From assembly GCA_012295275.1 (NCBI GenBank), contig CM022665.1:11222001-11286000 (forward strand): a stretch of DNA of 64,000 nt, given 5' to 3'. Both the position numbers and the translations under genes were made by a program. This DNA is from Chrysomallon squamiferum. Lineage: Eukaryota > Animalia > Mollusca. The notes beneath the pieces are model-generated. The model was given only the letters and a program-made list of their open reading frames with translations. It was not told the origin of the DNA and made no database searches. Numbering within the stretch: the stretch's first letter is position 1; each line of letters begins with the position of its first letter. Of this stretch, positions 37,901 through 50,392 are shown one piece after another.

Positions 37901-39365
37901 GTCAGGTTAGGATTTCGTTCAGTTCAGTTGTTTACTGTCATTCCATGGATTCACATTGCAATAATCACTCAGGGCACCAGTGTTTTTAGTTTTTATTTAT
38001 GCAAATAGTGATAAAGGGAATTTTAAACAGTTAAGTACCACAATCCCTACCAAAAAACTAACAAATGAAAATATCATTTGAGTCCATGCTTTTTAACACA
38101 AATGTGATGTAATTTAATCCCTTCAGCATTCCCTTTGCAGATTTAACATGTGAATATTTGTATATCAAACAGGGCTCTTTCATCCCATTTTCTTTTCTTT
38201 GGACCTGTTATTATTATATTTATCTATATTTGAGTTTATTCCTTAACAAACATACCAGTACTAACAGCATATGACTATGACAATCGCAGTCCTGACAGTC
38301 CTATTGGTGGGAAGTCTCCAGGAACCAAGCTTGTCTCTACAAGACCACCAGCAACAACTGGAATAATTAGACCAAGGAAGGAGAACATGATGGGTATGTA
38401 TAATTTATAAAATGAAGACAAAGATTATATTACTTGTTCTTCAGTGGGTTTATCATATATATGTGTATGTGTGTCCACAAAGTCTGTGTTCAGTTTTAAA
38501 GTGTAAATATTAAAAACTGGTTCAGAATATATGGACATTCTGTAGTTTAAGACAGAATTTATTTATTTATTTATTAGCAAATTATTTCTGTTTTCTTTTT
38601 CTATAATATTTGGTGATATTAGTGAGAACAGTAATTAATTTCTTTTTGTTTTATTTCTTATTATCCAATGTTTTTCCATCTCAAATATTTAAACAATACA
38701 TAAGGTACACTATTTTTTTTTTTTTTTCAATCGCACTTCTGAATATTATATTATTGAAATCTTTCACTGAATAAGTTTTATTATCTTCACTTTGCTTAGT
38801 AATAGTATTGATTCATTTTTTTTTTTTTTTCATTTCCGTGAAAACTTTGGTTTTTTGTACTTGAACAGAACAAAAAGACTTAGTTATTTTTATTACAAGA
38901 GAACATTGTGATAAATCAAATATCATTCTATGAATAAATCTTTCATATTTTACTAGATTGATTAATTATCACTAATAACAAATTCTGCAAATTGACAAAA
39001 AAAAAGAAGAAAAAAATGAAAAAGAAAAAAAAAAGAAAATGAAATCATTTCAGTTGAGTAGATATGTGACAAATACATTTTTTTTTCAAGAATAGCATGA
39101 AATATTTGTTAAAGCAATTTTTAAAATAGGCAGAATAAAGATTTAAAGGGAACCAAGTGATGAAGGTAAAGCTGCTAGTAATTTAGAAAAAAATAATTTA
39201 AAAAATATATAGATATATATATAATATAATTATGTATATATATTATACTGAAAATGCTGAATCCTTCATGATCATTATCCATTTCACTGAAGATTCAAAT
39301 TTGCATGTATGTATGATTATTATTATTTTCTTTGCTTCTGTTTTCCAGGCAAAGTAGAAAGTTAG
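8845..39365 (+). CDS. SPAG17: Sperm-associated antigen 17 (PF6), axonemal central-pair protein; 38 coding exons, about 2236 aa
   Basis: Hand-spliced exons, phases consistent, total 6711 nt: 8845-8931, 9212-9352, 9708-9899, 11895-12060, 12700-12891, 13462-13646, 14401-14539, 15706(or 15721)-15869, 16241-16378, 16835-17111, 17777-17998, 18816-18974, 20983-21179, 21433-21587, 22127-22305, 22687-22865, 23337-23468, 24195-24306, 24918-25076, 25503-25667, 26217-26353, 27088-27214, 27336-27514, 27884-28013, 28322-28515, 29179-29323, 30036-30918, 31306-31472, 31889-32094, 32371-32500, 33330-33434, 34542-34688, 35373-35492, 36333-36472, 37013-37273, 37620-37764, 38256-38393, 39349-39365. Segments recognised from vertebrate SPAG17 (from memory): [120 protein letters not shown]. 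Confidence 0.95.
15101..15276. repeat. Direct duplication within a (TG/TA)n region
   Basis: gattaactgagt(g/t)gatata(t/a)..ttgattttgtgtttgcaagt at about 15101 and 15235. Confidence 0.8.
18008..18250. repeat. (AAT/AAC/GAT)n compound microsatellite
   Basis: Directly visible; source of the spurious poly-I/L/Y ORFs. Confidence 0.95.
18590..18716. repeat. (CT)n microsatellite
   Basis: Directly visible. Confidence 0.95.
20283..20930. repeat. Degenerate intronic minisatellite (about 40-bp unit)
   Basis: Repeated aacattttgacatcagggtgaatatttaacataggtcagtatttaaaa variants in SPAG17 intron 12. Confidence 0.85.
24580..24840. repeat. Degenerate intronic tandem repeat
   Basis: Recurring attactagatttt..ctcatttattta..ata units. 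Confidence 0.6.
25090..25365. repeat. Degenerate intronic minisatellite (about 37-bp unit)
   Basis: Repeated gttatttcatagaaa.tcaaga.taagatttcttgt.aa, starting just after the exon 19 donor. Confidence 0.8.
26715..27087. repeat. Degenerate intronic tandem repeat
   Basis: Repeated ctgctgaattcaga.a...ta.tgaacaaa units running up to the exon 22 acceptor. Confidence 0.7.
30036..30918 (+). CDS. SPAG17: SPAG17 coding exon 27 (883 bp, the largest exon)
   Basis: tttttcaag|GT GAA ATT ... AGA GCA AC|gtgagt; corresponds to ORF-track 30053-30922; contains [20 protein letters not shown]. Confidence 0.93.
32590..33845. repeat. Two arrays of a ~21-bp minisatellite flanking SPAG17 exon 31
   Basis: actgaaatgtttctctttct variants at about 32590-33070 and 33570-33845. 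Confidence 0.8.
34783..34905 (+). mobile_element. SINE-like dispersed repeat fragment, copy 1
   Basis: tgtggg.aggtgga.gtaaaacattact(t)tgctgctaagtg..ccct.tcata.tggcagtgggtt..ttcttcac.gtc.tattttata followed by an (AAT)n tail; close copy at 37306. Confidence 0.65.
37306..37450 (+). mobile_element. SINE-like dispersed repeat fragment, copy 2
   Basis: Same sequence as 34783-34873 with an A/AAT-rich tail. More decayed relatives near 28622-28725 and, inverted, near 41355-41480. Confidence 0.65.
37765..38255 (+). other. SPAG17: U12-type (minor spliceosome) AT-AC intron of SPAG17
   Basis: 5' splice site ATATCCTT at 37765; branch site TTCCTTAAC at 38239-38247; 3' end CATAC at 38251-38255. Splicing gives LRLPVTA-T-VLTAYDY in frame. 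Confidence 0.92.
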
Positions 39366-42300
39366 AACTCATGTATCATTTGACGTTGTTCGAATTACCA
39401 AGGAAACTCAGACTGATATTATAATTCTTTCAAAAACTATAGAATTTAAAAAAAAAAAAAAAAAATAAAAAATTTAAAAATATTTCAGTTGAAATGCTGT
39501 TTAATGTTTGCTGAAAGACCTTTTCTGTGACTGTTAAATACATAATTAGTTTTTGTTTTAATTTTAAATAAATACCTCTGACATAATATAAACTTCAATT
39601 GTTTTGTAAAGTGGGTCAGAATATTTACTGTAAGTACTTCTTTTTTTCATGTTATATCTGATGATTGATTACATGATCCAAGATGAACAAGAATAATAAT
39701 TTAAAATCATAAAAAAGTAAAATTGTTAAAAATATAGCAATGGAGAAAGAAAGAGAAATATATTACATATATTTCAACTTTATTTCCTAAAACTAAAATG
39801 ATAATAATAGTAACAACTGCAACAACAATAATCATAATGAGAAAAAGAAGAAGATTTTTGTTTTTATAAAACTGATTGTATAATATTGACATTAATTTTA
39901 GTATTGTTACTAAAAACAAATGATCACTTAGTCATTTAAATTCTTTCATTTTCAACTTGAGTATTTGTTACATTAAATTAAGATAATAAAGATATAATAT
40001 TTTGAAGATTCCCTATGCATATCTGTGTGCTTAATATTTTTACTGAATCAATATTAATTTTTTTAATGAAAAATATTTAATCAAATTTTTTTATATTTGT
40101 AACTTCTGAATGTTTTCCACTAATAATTTTAAATTTTATATTTGTAATAATTATTATTTAATTTAAACCTCACTAGGTGGGGGGGGGAAAGGAATACATA
40201 ATTTAATGAAATCTATAGGGATTTAAATTGTTTAAAAAAAAAAAGAAAGAAAAATATTGAAGAGTTTCAAAATATAATTTGAAGTAATATTTCAAAAATC
40301 TTTGAAAAAAAAAAAATCTTTATAAACAATTATGCATTTTAATATTATAAATGCATATTAGATCAAATAACAATATTTTAGATGTTTTTATTATTATTAT
40401 TTTATTTTTTTCAATATTTTGGGTTGGAGTTTTTTTTGTTGTATTAATTGATAATTACATTTATACAAACAAATGATAAAAAATATGATTTTTATTAGAA
40501 TCTTACTGAAGATAAACCTAACCAATATACAGTTGAAATAAAATAAAAATAAGCTATTTTGTTTCTAGCCACGTCTAAATTTTCATTTGTCAACAGGTTT
40601 TATTTCTAGTTCTTTGATGTGACAATATTTTTGAAAGTTAAAAATCTGTAATATCTGTGATATATTTGAAGAATTTAACATGACAGTCACACACTCATTT
40701 TACGATTCAGTTATGTGTATATTTGTTAACTGAATGTAAAACAGATATATTGTTTGGAAAATTTCGTATATTACATTACATATTTTGGATACCATTACAT
40801 GTACATAAATATTAATAAATTATGATGCTCCACAAATTACTATGTTTTTTTTCTTTTGTAACTTAGAAAAATGGTATTATAGCTATATGGAATGTCCCAG
40901 AAATGTTATCAGCAGAGTTAAATTTCTGCAAGCTAATCAAGTTATGGTTTAGGGCCTTACAGACTGAAATACCAATAATTCTTTATAGACAATACAAGGT
41001 GAAACAAAAAAAATTAACAAAATTTAACTTGATAAACATGCCACCACGATTTAATGCTGACACCAATCTCAATATTATTAAAACTATAGCTAATAAAATA
41101 ATATGGCCACATTTTTTACATACTTTAATATACAGTAATACTGAATTTATCATTTATAAGAAAAATTAATTTCTTAAGTAAAGCAGCTATAATAATGAAA
41201 AATGCATAACAACTCCATAATTTTAATTACTGCTAACAAAAATTTCACTGTTCATACAAAGGATGTGGACTAGTTTAATAGTAATGTTTTTCAGGTAACT
41301 TCTGAAATAATAAAGTGCAAGAGAATGCATTGCTACTTGATCACTGTAGTGATATGCAGCAAGGTCTTATATAAGCACTTTTTTATACAAGATAGCACAT
41401 ACCACAACTATTTGATAATAATGAATGGCTAGAATGAGAATTAACCAGATGGAAACGTCAAGAAGGATTGATCTTTGAACTGACATGAAGGGAGAGAGTG
41501 AGAGAGATAAAGACAGACATACACACAGACACCTGCACATGCACACAACATTCTATTTAACAAACTACTAAGTGCTACAATGCATAATAAATCTGGACCT
41601 CTTTCAAAATCTCATACGTTTTTGGGGTGTGGTGGTGTATAAATTAAAATATTAAGAAGACATTTTTTTTTTTTTTTTTTACAAGAACCGATATTATGTT
41701 AAAAAGCGTTTTAAAAAGTAGACCTGGAGATGACTGCTGTAGTATTACATCTTTACGTTTTTACCTCTGAAATAACCAGCACTTCACAAAAAAAAGAAGT
41801 ATTTTTAGCCGTCTGTTTTTCTAAACATTAATATAGTTTACCTATCTATACGTAATGGAATACGTTTATGACAATTTCTAATAAGCAGACAGTAATACAT
41901 ACATCAAACGCCCGTTGTCATAAATAGAAGTATAATTGTCCTCGTGCTTTTATCAATATATTAGTATTCTGACAGTACGTATTTTTTACGTCCAACGCAG
42001 GATCCGGCACATGCCAATCTGGCAGACGTAGACAACCGCCCGTTTGATTACTTTGCTAGAAATGATTTTCAGTTGATATTAAGGAAGATAGACTTGCTAA
42101 AAATGAAAGAAAAAAATAAAATAAAATAATAATAAATTAATTAATTAATAAGCACAAACGACAAAAATAAATAAACAAATAAACAAACAAAAGATGACAA
42201 AAAGAAATATATATAAATAAAACATAAATAAATACAGAAGCGGATACAGGATTTCTATCACTGTAAGGAATATAACTTTCAAAATAAGATTTTTTTTTAT

Positions 42301-43212
42301 GAAGAAGAAACATCTCCGTCGACTAAAAATAGTATGAAACGGGTGAATACACAAAGTAAATTAATTGAAAGTGCGCATATCATATTGCTATAGAACAGTT
42401 AATAATTTGCAAAAGTTGACAATAGTTTTGAAAGTAACGCGGACTACTGACTTATCTGTAACTGTCCTGCAATTGCGAATAACAGCTGACGAAACCATTT
42501 TGAGCAATTATTAATAATGACTGGATTGGACAAATGCACATAACGTGATCTGTTTTAGCACTATTTCCGGCTAAGCACGCACAGCGGAATGCCAGTGAAA
42601 TAAAGTCACTTATAGACAGAGAAAATATTTTCTTGTTAACATTTTTATTTTATTATTTTCTTTATTAGTTACCCCTACACACAACCCCCACAAAAAAAAA
42701 AAAAAAAAAAAAAACAAACAAACCCGAAAAACAACAATAACAACAACAACAACAAAACAACAAACCATTCGGATTTATTCATCAGTATATCACACCCGAT
42801 TAGTATAATAATTATTATGATAAGGGGGAAAAAAATTAAAGATAAATAAAATTATATTAATGCACGAAAATAAAGGTCTTGTGTATCGACAGAAATAGCA
42901 AACGAACAACTTGGGAATTCGTCAAATGCTGGATGTGAATTTCCTGTCAATAAAATAATATATAATTGAAAAGAAGGGGAAAGAGAAAAGAATCCCACAT
43001 TTGTCCATAAACTTTAAATGAATGAGAAATTTGAGTTATATTGAAGACTTGAAATTTGTGCGGTTCACTTTAATATAATTTGGTGTTAATATGATTCGCA
43101 TTTTCTGTTGTGAGTGGATATGTTAGATAACCATGCAGTACCAGTCAAACTGAACATTAAACATTCAAAGTCGATGTATCACTGTGGCCATTTTGTAGCG
43201 TTATCAGATTTC

Positions 43213-43266
<54 letters not shown>

Positions 43267-43570
43267 TTTTGTTTGTTTGTTGTTGTTTTTTTTTTTGAGT
43301 TATCTTAGTGCAATACCCTCATACTGAGCCAAATTTACGATGACATTTATTCTTGTTTAACCATTGTAAAAATAATTGTTATCTTATATGTGTTATCTAG
43401 TTACGATCGTATCGAGGTCAAAACTAGTTTTATTCATTTTATATACAAAAAATCTTTCATAGAAAACATTCAGGTGTCCTTAACCAAACAAGCTTTCATT
43501 CTGATCTTGAATTTAGAACAATTAACATGTGAGGAAATATGTTTGATAGCAAAATCTGCAAAGAAACTGA

Positions 43571-43638
<68 letters not shown>

Positions 43639-43730
43639 CAACAACAATAATAATAATAATAATAATAAAAAATAAATAAATAAATAAATAAATTTAAAAA
43701 TAAAACAAAAATAAATAAATAATAATAACA
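43571..43730. repeat. (AAT)n/(AAAT)n microsatellite
   Basis: Directly visible. Confidence 0.95.
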
Positions 43731-44254
43731 TCGATAAAACAAAAACAAGATAAGATACATAAAACAATATATGTGTGCAGATATAGATTTTAAACCTTTT
43801 ATCTCCCATAAACGTTTCGTAGTCTACAATAAACAAGAAAAATATTTTTTTATTAACACTGGGTACTAATGAGAGAAACTACATTCTCTGAAAAAAAAAA
43901 AAAAAAAAAAAGATTGATGTCATTTTATTCACTAACTAATTACAAATCATTACGATCTTTGTCATCGCTAAAGACAAAGATTAAACTTTTAACCCCTAGA
44001 CCACATTTACACCACACACTAATCAATGATGTGGGTGATCAGTAATTGTGCCCTTTTACGTCAGTTTCTTATTAAATATTATTGTACATGTTAATTAGAG
44101 AAGCGTCGGATAAGTTTTCATACCCGTTATCGATCGAATTTTAACAAAAATGCAGAATGAATATTTCGCTAATGAGAAATAGTAATTAATATTTTCGACT
44201 CTAATTGTCGAAACTGGAGGGGCGAGAAGGAGGATTTTCGAAAATTGAGACCAG

Positions 44255-44572
44255 GATGAAAGAATCATTTCTTTTCATAATTATGCAGAGAGTGCCATGG
44301 AAGGGTATTTGAAATAAAGGTCTAGGTTATTTGTATAAATACGGAGGCTGATTTGTTCAAATGCAGTGAGAATGATGGAAAGGTGTTAGAGGTAAAGAAC
44401 CAGGTTCTTTCTGTAATTATGCAAATAAAAATTGAAAAGGCAAAGAAAATGGCGGGTGTTTGAAATAAGAAACTAGGTTCTGTAACTAATTATGCAGATA
44501 GAAACTGAAAGACGGAAGAGAATGAAGAACTCTGGTTCTTTCAGTAATTATGAGCATAAAAAGTAAAAGGGC

Positions 44573-44575
<3 letters not shown>
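44255..44575. repeat. Degenerate tandem repeat with aagaac..ggttctttc.gtaattatgca core
   Basis: About 4-5 decayed units; ATGCAAAT at 44419. Confidence 0.6.
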
Positions 44576-44606
<31 letters not shown>

Positions 44607-44671
44607 TATAAATGGTGGTAGCAGTAGTAGTAATGATGCAATAGTATAATCATCGTTTGTATGAGATGATG

Positions 44672-44702
<31 letters not shown>

Positions 44703-45357
44703 CAATAATAATAATAACATAAGTTAAAAGTATGGAACTGTTTGGTTTTTTTCTTCTTCTGACCAGTTATTCGTTCTGCGACAGTTACACAGAATGTGTT
44801 TATAGCGTCATTATAATGGTACATCTAAACACACAAGCTACAAAAACAAAACTAATAATAATTACAGAGAAAAATAATTCCAGTAGGAAAAATATTAAAT
44901 ATAAGGATAGATCTAGACAAGGCCAACAGTTCATTGTCACTTACACGAATATTCAGAAAAATCTTTGTTTGAACATTATTAAAAATGTAATGTCTTTCAC
45001 CTTCATAATATACAGTTTGCTTTCCTAATTACTGTAGAGATTTGTAATAAAAATATACCATTCGTCAACAATTCAGCTTTTTTCTATTTTCGTCATTTTC
45101 AAATAGGAACGATGCCAAATGGCTTTTAATGTAAAATCACCAACCATGATTTAGAACATGATACAATTAATATTTATAAATGCACGCACGAACATGTAAA
45201 TATGATGAAATACATGGACGCATGCATAAAATAAATGTATGCATAAAGACAGATACCACAAACATACACATGTATTTTACATTAATATATCTGCATACTT
45301 ATGTAGACAAAGAAGTACCGTCAGCTCAGATATACACATATACAAGTGGTGTTTTAA

Positions 45358-45404
<47 letters not shown>

Positions 45405-46303
45405 AGGTTGCCTAGATGACCAAGTGTAAGCGAATGGGTTCGAGTCTTGTCAGCAGCATCTGATAAGGTTTGTGATGTCTTCCTGTGCCAGTGTCTTCCC
45501 GAATTTTGTTTATGCGAAAGTCTAATCAGACGTACATAATATAGAGAATATTCAGTCCAAACACACACACATACACACATACACACATACACATATACAT
45601 ACATACACACATACACACATACATACATAAATACATAAATACATACATACATACACACATACATACATACATGCATATATACATATATACATACATACCT
45701 ATACTCACCGTAGACTGTTAAATGTAAGTTTTTGTGACAAAATTACAAGAAATTTTAGATCAAACCATTTTGAAGTCGAAAACATATGTCCATAGGAAAG
45801 TGGCGAAAATATTTTTAAAATGTACTCTCTGTTTTGTTATATTTCATTAATAATTGAGACAAGACGAGAAGGGGAATAAAATATAAAATAAGAAAATAAA
45901 TAAATGGAATAAAATATAACTTAGAATGATACATTACATATTTATAAATGAATAAATGTTTATAAGAATACTTATTAAACAACAAAATAATATAGTCAAA
46001 AATACATATATTTTTCACTTTTAATCTGTTTATATAGTTATTTTTGTTTACTAAAATAAAGTCCAAATTTAAAAAAAAAAAAAAATCATTTAAACAATTT
46101 AATAATTCTCTACAAGGATTTGGAAAAATTTACAATTCCGAAAAGTTTGCTGTTTAAAATAAAAGGTAGTAAATATACAGTGACCATGATTTCTTTAGTC
46201 CAGTTAATTTACTCGCGTATGAATACAGTTCACTGTTTGTAACAAGTAAATTCAACAATTTCATTGTTGTAGAGCGGATAGGTGACCTTTTTTTCGTCTT
46301 GAT

Positions 46304-46660
46304 CAGGGGCGGGCAAACTCCGGCCCGCGAGACAGCAAAATAAAAGTTAATAAAATAAAATCAGTTCATACAGCTATTTAATTTATTCAGGTTTAAAATT
46401 TAAGGCGTCTCGAAGGCGCTCGTCGAATCCTATTGATCCGAATTTTGAATGACTGCTTGCTTCACTCAATTAAAAATATTAACTATAAGCCATTCTTCGC
46501 TTGTGCACCACATCGAGTAAGCCTGACATTGAATCGCTACTTCGTGGTATGCAACTACACTCATCTCATTAACTCTTCTAACATTCGTTAAAAGTGAATT
46601 TACAGTTTACCTAAAATACACGTTTTGAAATCTTTTCATATTCTGGCCGTCATGCTCTTC
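46304..46660 (+). mobile_element. Internally deleted hAT (Buster/Charlie-type) DNA transposon remnant
   Basis: Terminus-like CAGGGGCGGGCAAACTCCGGCCCGCG at 46304. 46489-46572 translates AILRLCTTSSKPDIESLLRGMQLHSSH*, the characteristic C-terminus of Buster/Charlie transposases (LR..T..P.I..L....Q...SH*). Matching 3' TIR not found. Confidence 0.75.
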
Positions 46661-47787
46661 CTATAAGATCCATCCGTAGGTAAGATACATTTGGTAGGTA
46701 ATACTTTCAAGGTGTGCTGAAACCAGATTGAAAGGGGAAAAAGCGATAGAAGCAATATAAAATGTTACTAGTTCAAAATTATAATTATCTGAAGAAAGCT
46801 GGTGAAAATGCGCAAATTTGGTCAATTTTGAACTTTTAAAATATATTTTTAACATAAAATGAAATAAATATAATTCATAATGTAAACAGTATAATAAATT
46901 AATGAATCCTGAGTATAAAATAAGAAAAGAAAAGAAAAACAAGTGTCATGTTGTTTATGAAATCTCCTTAATTTTGGATTCCATTAAAGAGAATACGCAG
47001 ATTTGTTTCAAAAATGTACGATACGTTCCATCAATGATCTATAGCATTATTAGCATTTCTTTCAAAAAATCACCGCCAGATGTGCCCTACTATTATCTTT
47101 AAATTACAGACATAATTAATGATATATAGGCGTTCGGTTTTATCCATGATAATCCAGGAAAAAAAAAAAAAAAAAAAAAAAAAAAAGAAAGAAAGAGACG
47201 TTAATAATTAATAAAAAAGTAAAAGTAAAGAAAGAAACAGAAGTTTTATAAATAAATAAATAAACAAACAAACAAACAAACAAACAAACAAAAGAAAGAA
47301 AAATTTAAAGAAAAATTACACAAAATGAAAAGAAGATGAAAAAATAAACCGGAACAAAATTTTAAATTATATTAAAATTATAAAGTCTATAACCTCCATG
47401 CTTTGGCCTTGATTCGCATTGCACTGTTATGTGTAAAAAAAAAAATTTTAAATTTAAAAATATAAAAAAAAAAATGAAAGAAAGAAGAAGAAGAAAAGAC
47501 AGACGCCACGTGTCAAAAAGGTGACTGCAGCAGACACGAGAAACCACGTGGGCGAAAGGCTGCTAAGAGGGAAGTCACGATCAGAAGATGTATGCAAGAA
47601 ATGAATAAATATTAATTTCAGGCGATTAGCCGTTCATTGGCTGAGCTCAAGTTACGTTGGCGTGAATCTGTTGACGTTTTTACTTTTCCTTTCTCGTACT
47701 CTAAGGAAGCTAGTTTTTTAAGGGGTGTCAAAAAGCCACGGATATTAGTTATAGTTGTAGAGATTCAGTCTTTCTCAAACGTCAACG

Positions 47788-47918
47788 TATAAAAAAGAAA
47801 CTCGCCCTAATCTATATATTGCGTCTAAAGTTTGGTATTATAAAACAGAATGCGCTCGACGTCAAGTGAAAGAGAGAACACCTCTATGCCAAAGTGCTTG
47901 ACAGAGCGATTTTTAAGG
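47788..47918 (+). promoter_or_regulatory. Probable TATA promoter and first exon of ILP-A
   Basis: TATAAAA at 47788 and 47839, donor AGG|GTAAGA at 47918/47919, matching acceptor ttttag| at 50356 just upstream of the ILP-A ATG. Insulin-family genes usually have a short first exon. Confidence 0.55.
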
Positions 47919-48790
47919 GTAAGAGTTCTGGACTGTTGTTTTTGTTTGTTTGTTTTTATATTATTATTATTATTATTATTATTAATATTATTATTATTAT
48001 TGTTATTGTTGTCATTATTATTAATTATTGTTGTTGTTGTTGTTATTTTCATTTTTGTTGTTGTCATTATTATTATTAATATTAATTTTAGAAACAGTTC
48101 CCCTTTTTTCTTGTGTGTTATTTTAATTTTTTGGTTGTTAATATTTTTAAACAGTTAAAAATAAATAAATAAATAAATAAATACACTCTGAAATCAATTA
48201 TTGCTCTAAACTGATATATTTGGTGGAACTAATACTGAAAAGTGGGAATTAGTGTTTATGGTGGCATTTTTTTAAAAAAAACGAAAGAAGACGATGTAAA
48301 TTAGTTCATGCCAGAGTAGTCGGTGTCTGCTATCAGGGAATCTATAAGAAATAAAGGGTCGCTAGGTGACTGGTGAGAGATAAACTGTTCTTTAAGAGAT
48401 TTTTATTATAATTATAGATATTTTATTATTCAATAGGAAAAAAATCAAAAATGTCCCATAGTATGTGCATTGTGAAATACAATAATAAAAAATAAAATAA
48501 TAATAATATAAAATTAAAAGAAAAACACAAAAAAAAAAAAACCGAGTAAAACACACCAAGGAAATTTATGCTAAACTTGCAGAAGTGTCTGCTGGTCTCA
48601 AAATAACGTACTACTAATTAAATATCGAAAAAGACTGATATTGGAAGAAAGAGGAAACTTAAGTTTAAAGCTTTCAAACCTTCAGCCCTATGTAAATGGT
48701 CTATTAAAAAATTATCGAACGCGCATTTCACCTTAGAAATAAATTTTAGTGCAGTAGAAAAAAAATGTCATATTGCTTGACTATTGGTAA

Positions 48791-48826
<36 letters not shown>

Positions 48827-50114
48827 CCATTGCTGTTTATACAATATCGTAATCATTATTATTTTTAACACTTCATAACATAAATTTTAAAAATATTTAA
48901 TTTCGAGTGCCCGGATTTGTAATGGCATCATCAAAAAGACTCTGGTTTAATTTTGTTCTTCTGCTTCTTCTTCTATTCTTCCGTTTTTTTTGTTTTTTTT
49001 GTTGTTGTTGTTGTCGTTTTTGTTGTTGTTGTTGTAGTAGAGTTACCACCCTTGAGGATTCAGTCTTTGTATACGTAGACGGATAAATAAATATCATACA
49101 TCAAAGACTTGTTTATGTTAGTTGTTAGCAGCATAAACGTCTGTAAATGTAAGAATACACACCACACATAGAAATTAATAAAATCCCACGATAAGACAAT
49201 AATGATGTAAAACCTTTGTTAATCGTCAGTGCGTTAATGCGTCTCATCATTTCTGGATCTGATCGGCTAAATAACTGCTCTGGTAACATTGTTCTGTTAC
49301 TAATTCACGAGCCGCTGTGGTGACACATTTTTAATTAGGACCACATCGCATGACGCTACTGACATCAAACATGGATGAGATAAATTTGTAAATAATATCT
49401 AGTCTGATCTGTAGAATATATTTTCCCGTTCTTGCCAATCTTAAGTGTAAAAAAAAAAAAAAAAAAATAAAAATAAAAATAAAAAAAATGAAGAGAGTTG
49501 ATGGTTTCGCGGCTAATAATATATACAGTGAAATAATAATACCAAATAATTAGATAAAAACTGAAATAAAAGTACCAAATAATCGCATACACATAAAATG
49601 AAACAACATTACTAAATAATTACATTCATATAAACTGAAACAGTATTTCGAAATAATTACATACATATAAACAGAAATAGCATTCCAAATTATTATTCAG
49701 ACATATTTAAGCACTGAAATATCTGTACCGCTTCGTACATGACATTTTTGTTACACGTATATTGTTTCACACAATTCATAATTATAGCAGTGGTCATTTC
49801 GGTCTTGGATGTTTTGGCTGGAATTTTGTTTTCAACTGCGGACGTTTCATCCGTATGAACTAATGATGAAAATATGATATTCAGTGTCTTTTTAAAAATC
49901 ATTTGTTAGCTGGCATATTTTTTTAACAGTATTTATAAAAATGTAAAAGTCAGTTTCAAAAATCTGATGTAGCAGGTGTTAAAGCAGTGAATGGCTAGTT
50001 TTAAGATATTTTTGTTTTATAAGCATGATAATTAGCAGCTATAATCTAGTTGATGTTTAAATCTGAAATAATTCTGAACACCCTGTATGTTATAATTGTG
50101 TATTCTTAAGCAGC

Positions 50115-50153
<39 letters not shown>

Positions 50154-50248
50154 TTTTAATTTTTTTTTAATTTTTGATAATATTTTGTCTTATAACACTG
50201 ACATTTTTTTTTTTTTTTTTTTTTTTACTTTGACATCATGAATATTTA

Positions 50249-50279
<31 letters not shown>

Positions 50280-50392
50280 CTAAATTTATTTAAAAAAAAA
50301 TAATAATAATCATTTAAATCCCTTACTATACCTTTTTGTTTATTTTTATATTTTAGAATTCTATCTCTCTCTTGGACGTTGAACGCTCAAGA

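Noticed and set aside
45406-45460. tRNA-like B box GGTTCGAGTC at 45437
   Set aside because: No cloverleaf or acceptor stem; at most a decayed SINE head.
50071-50087. Tc1/mariner-like end (reverse complement TACAGGGTGTTCAGAA)
   Set aside because: No partner inverted repeat or transposase found in the window.
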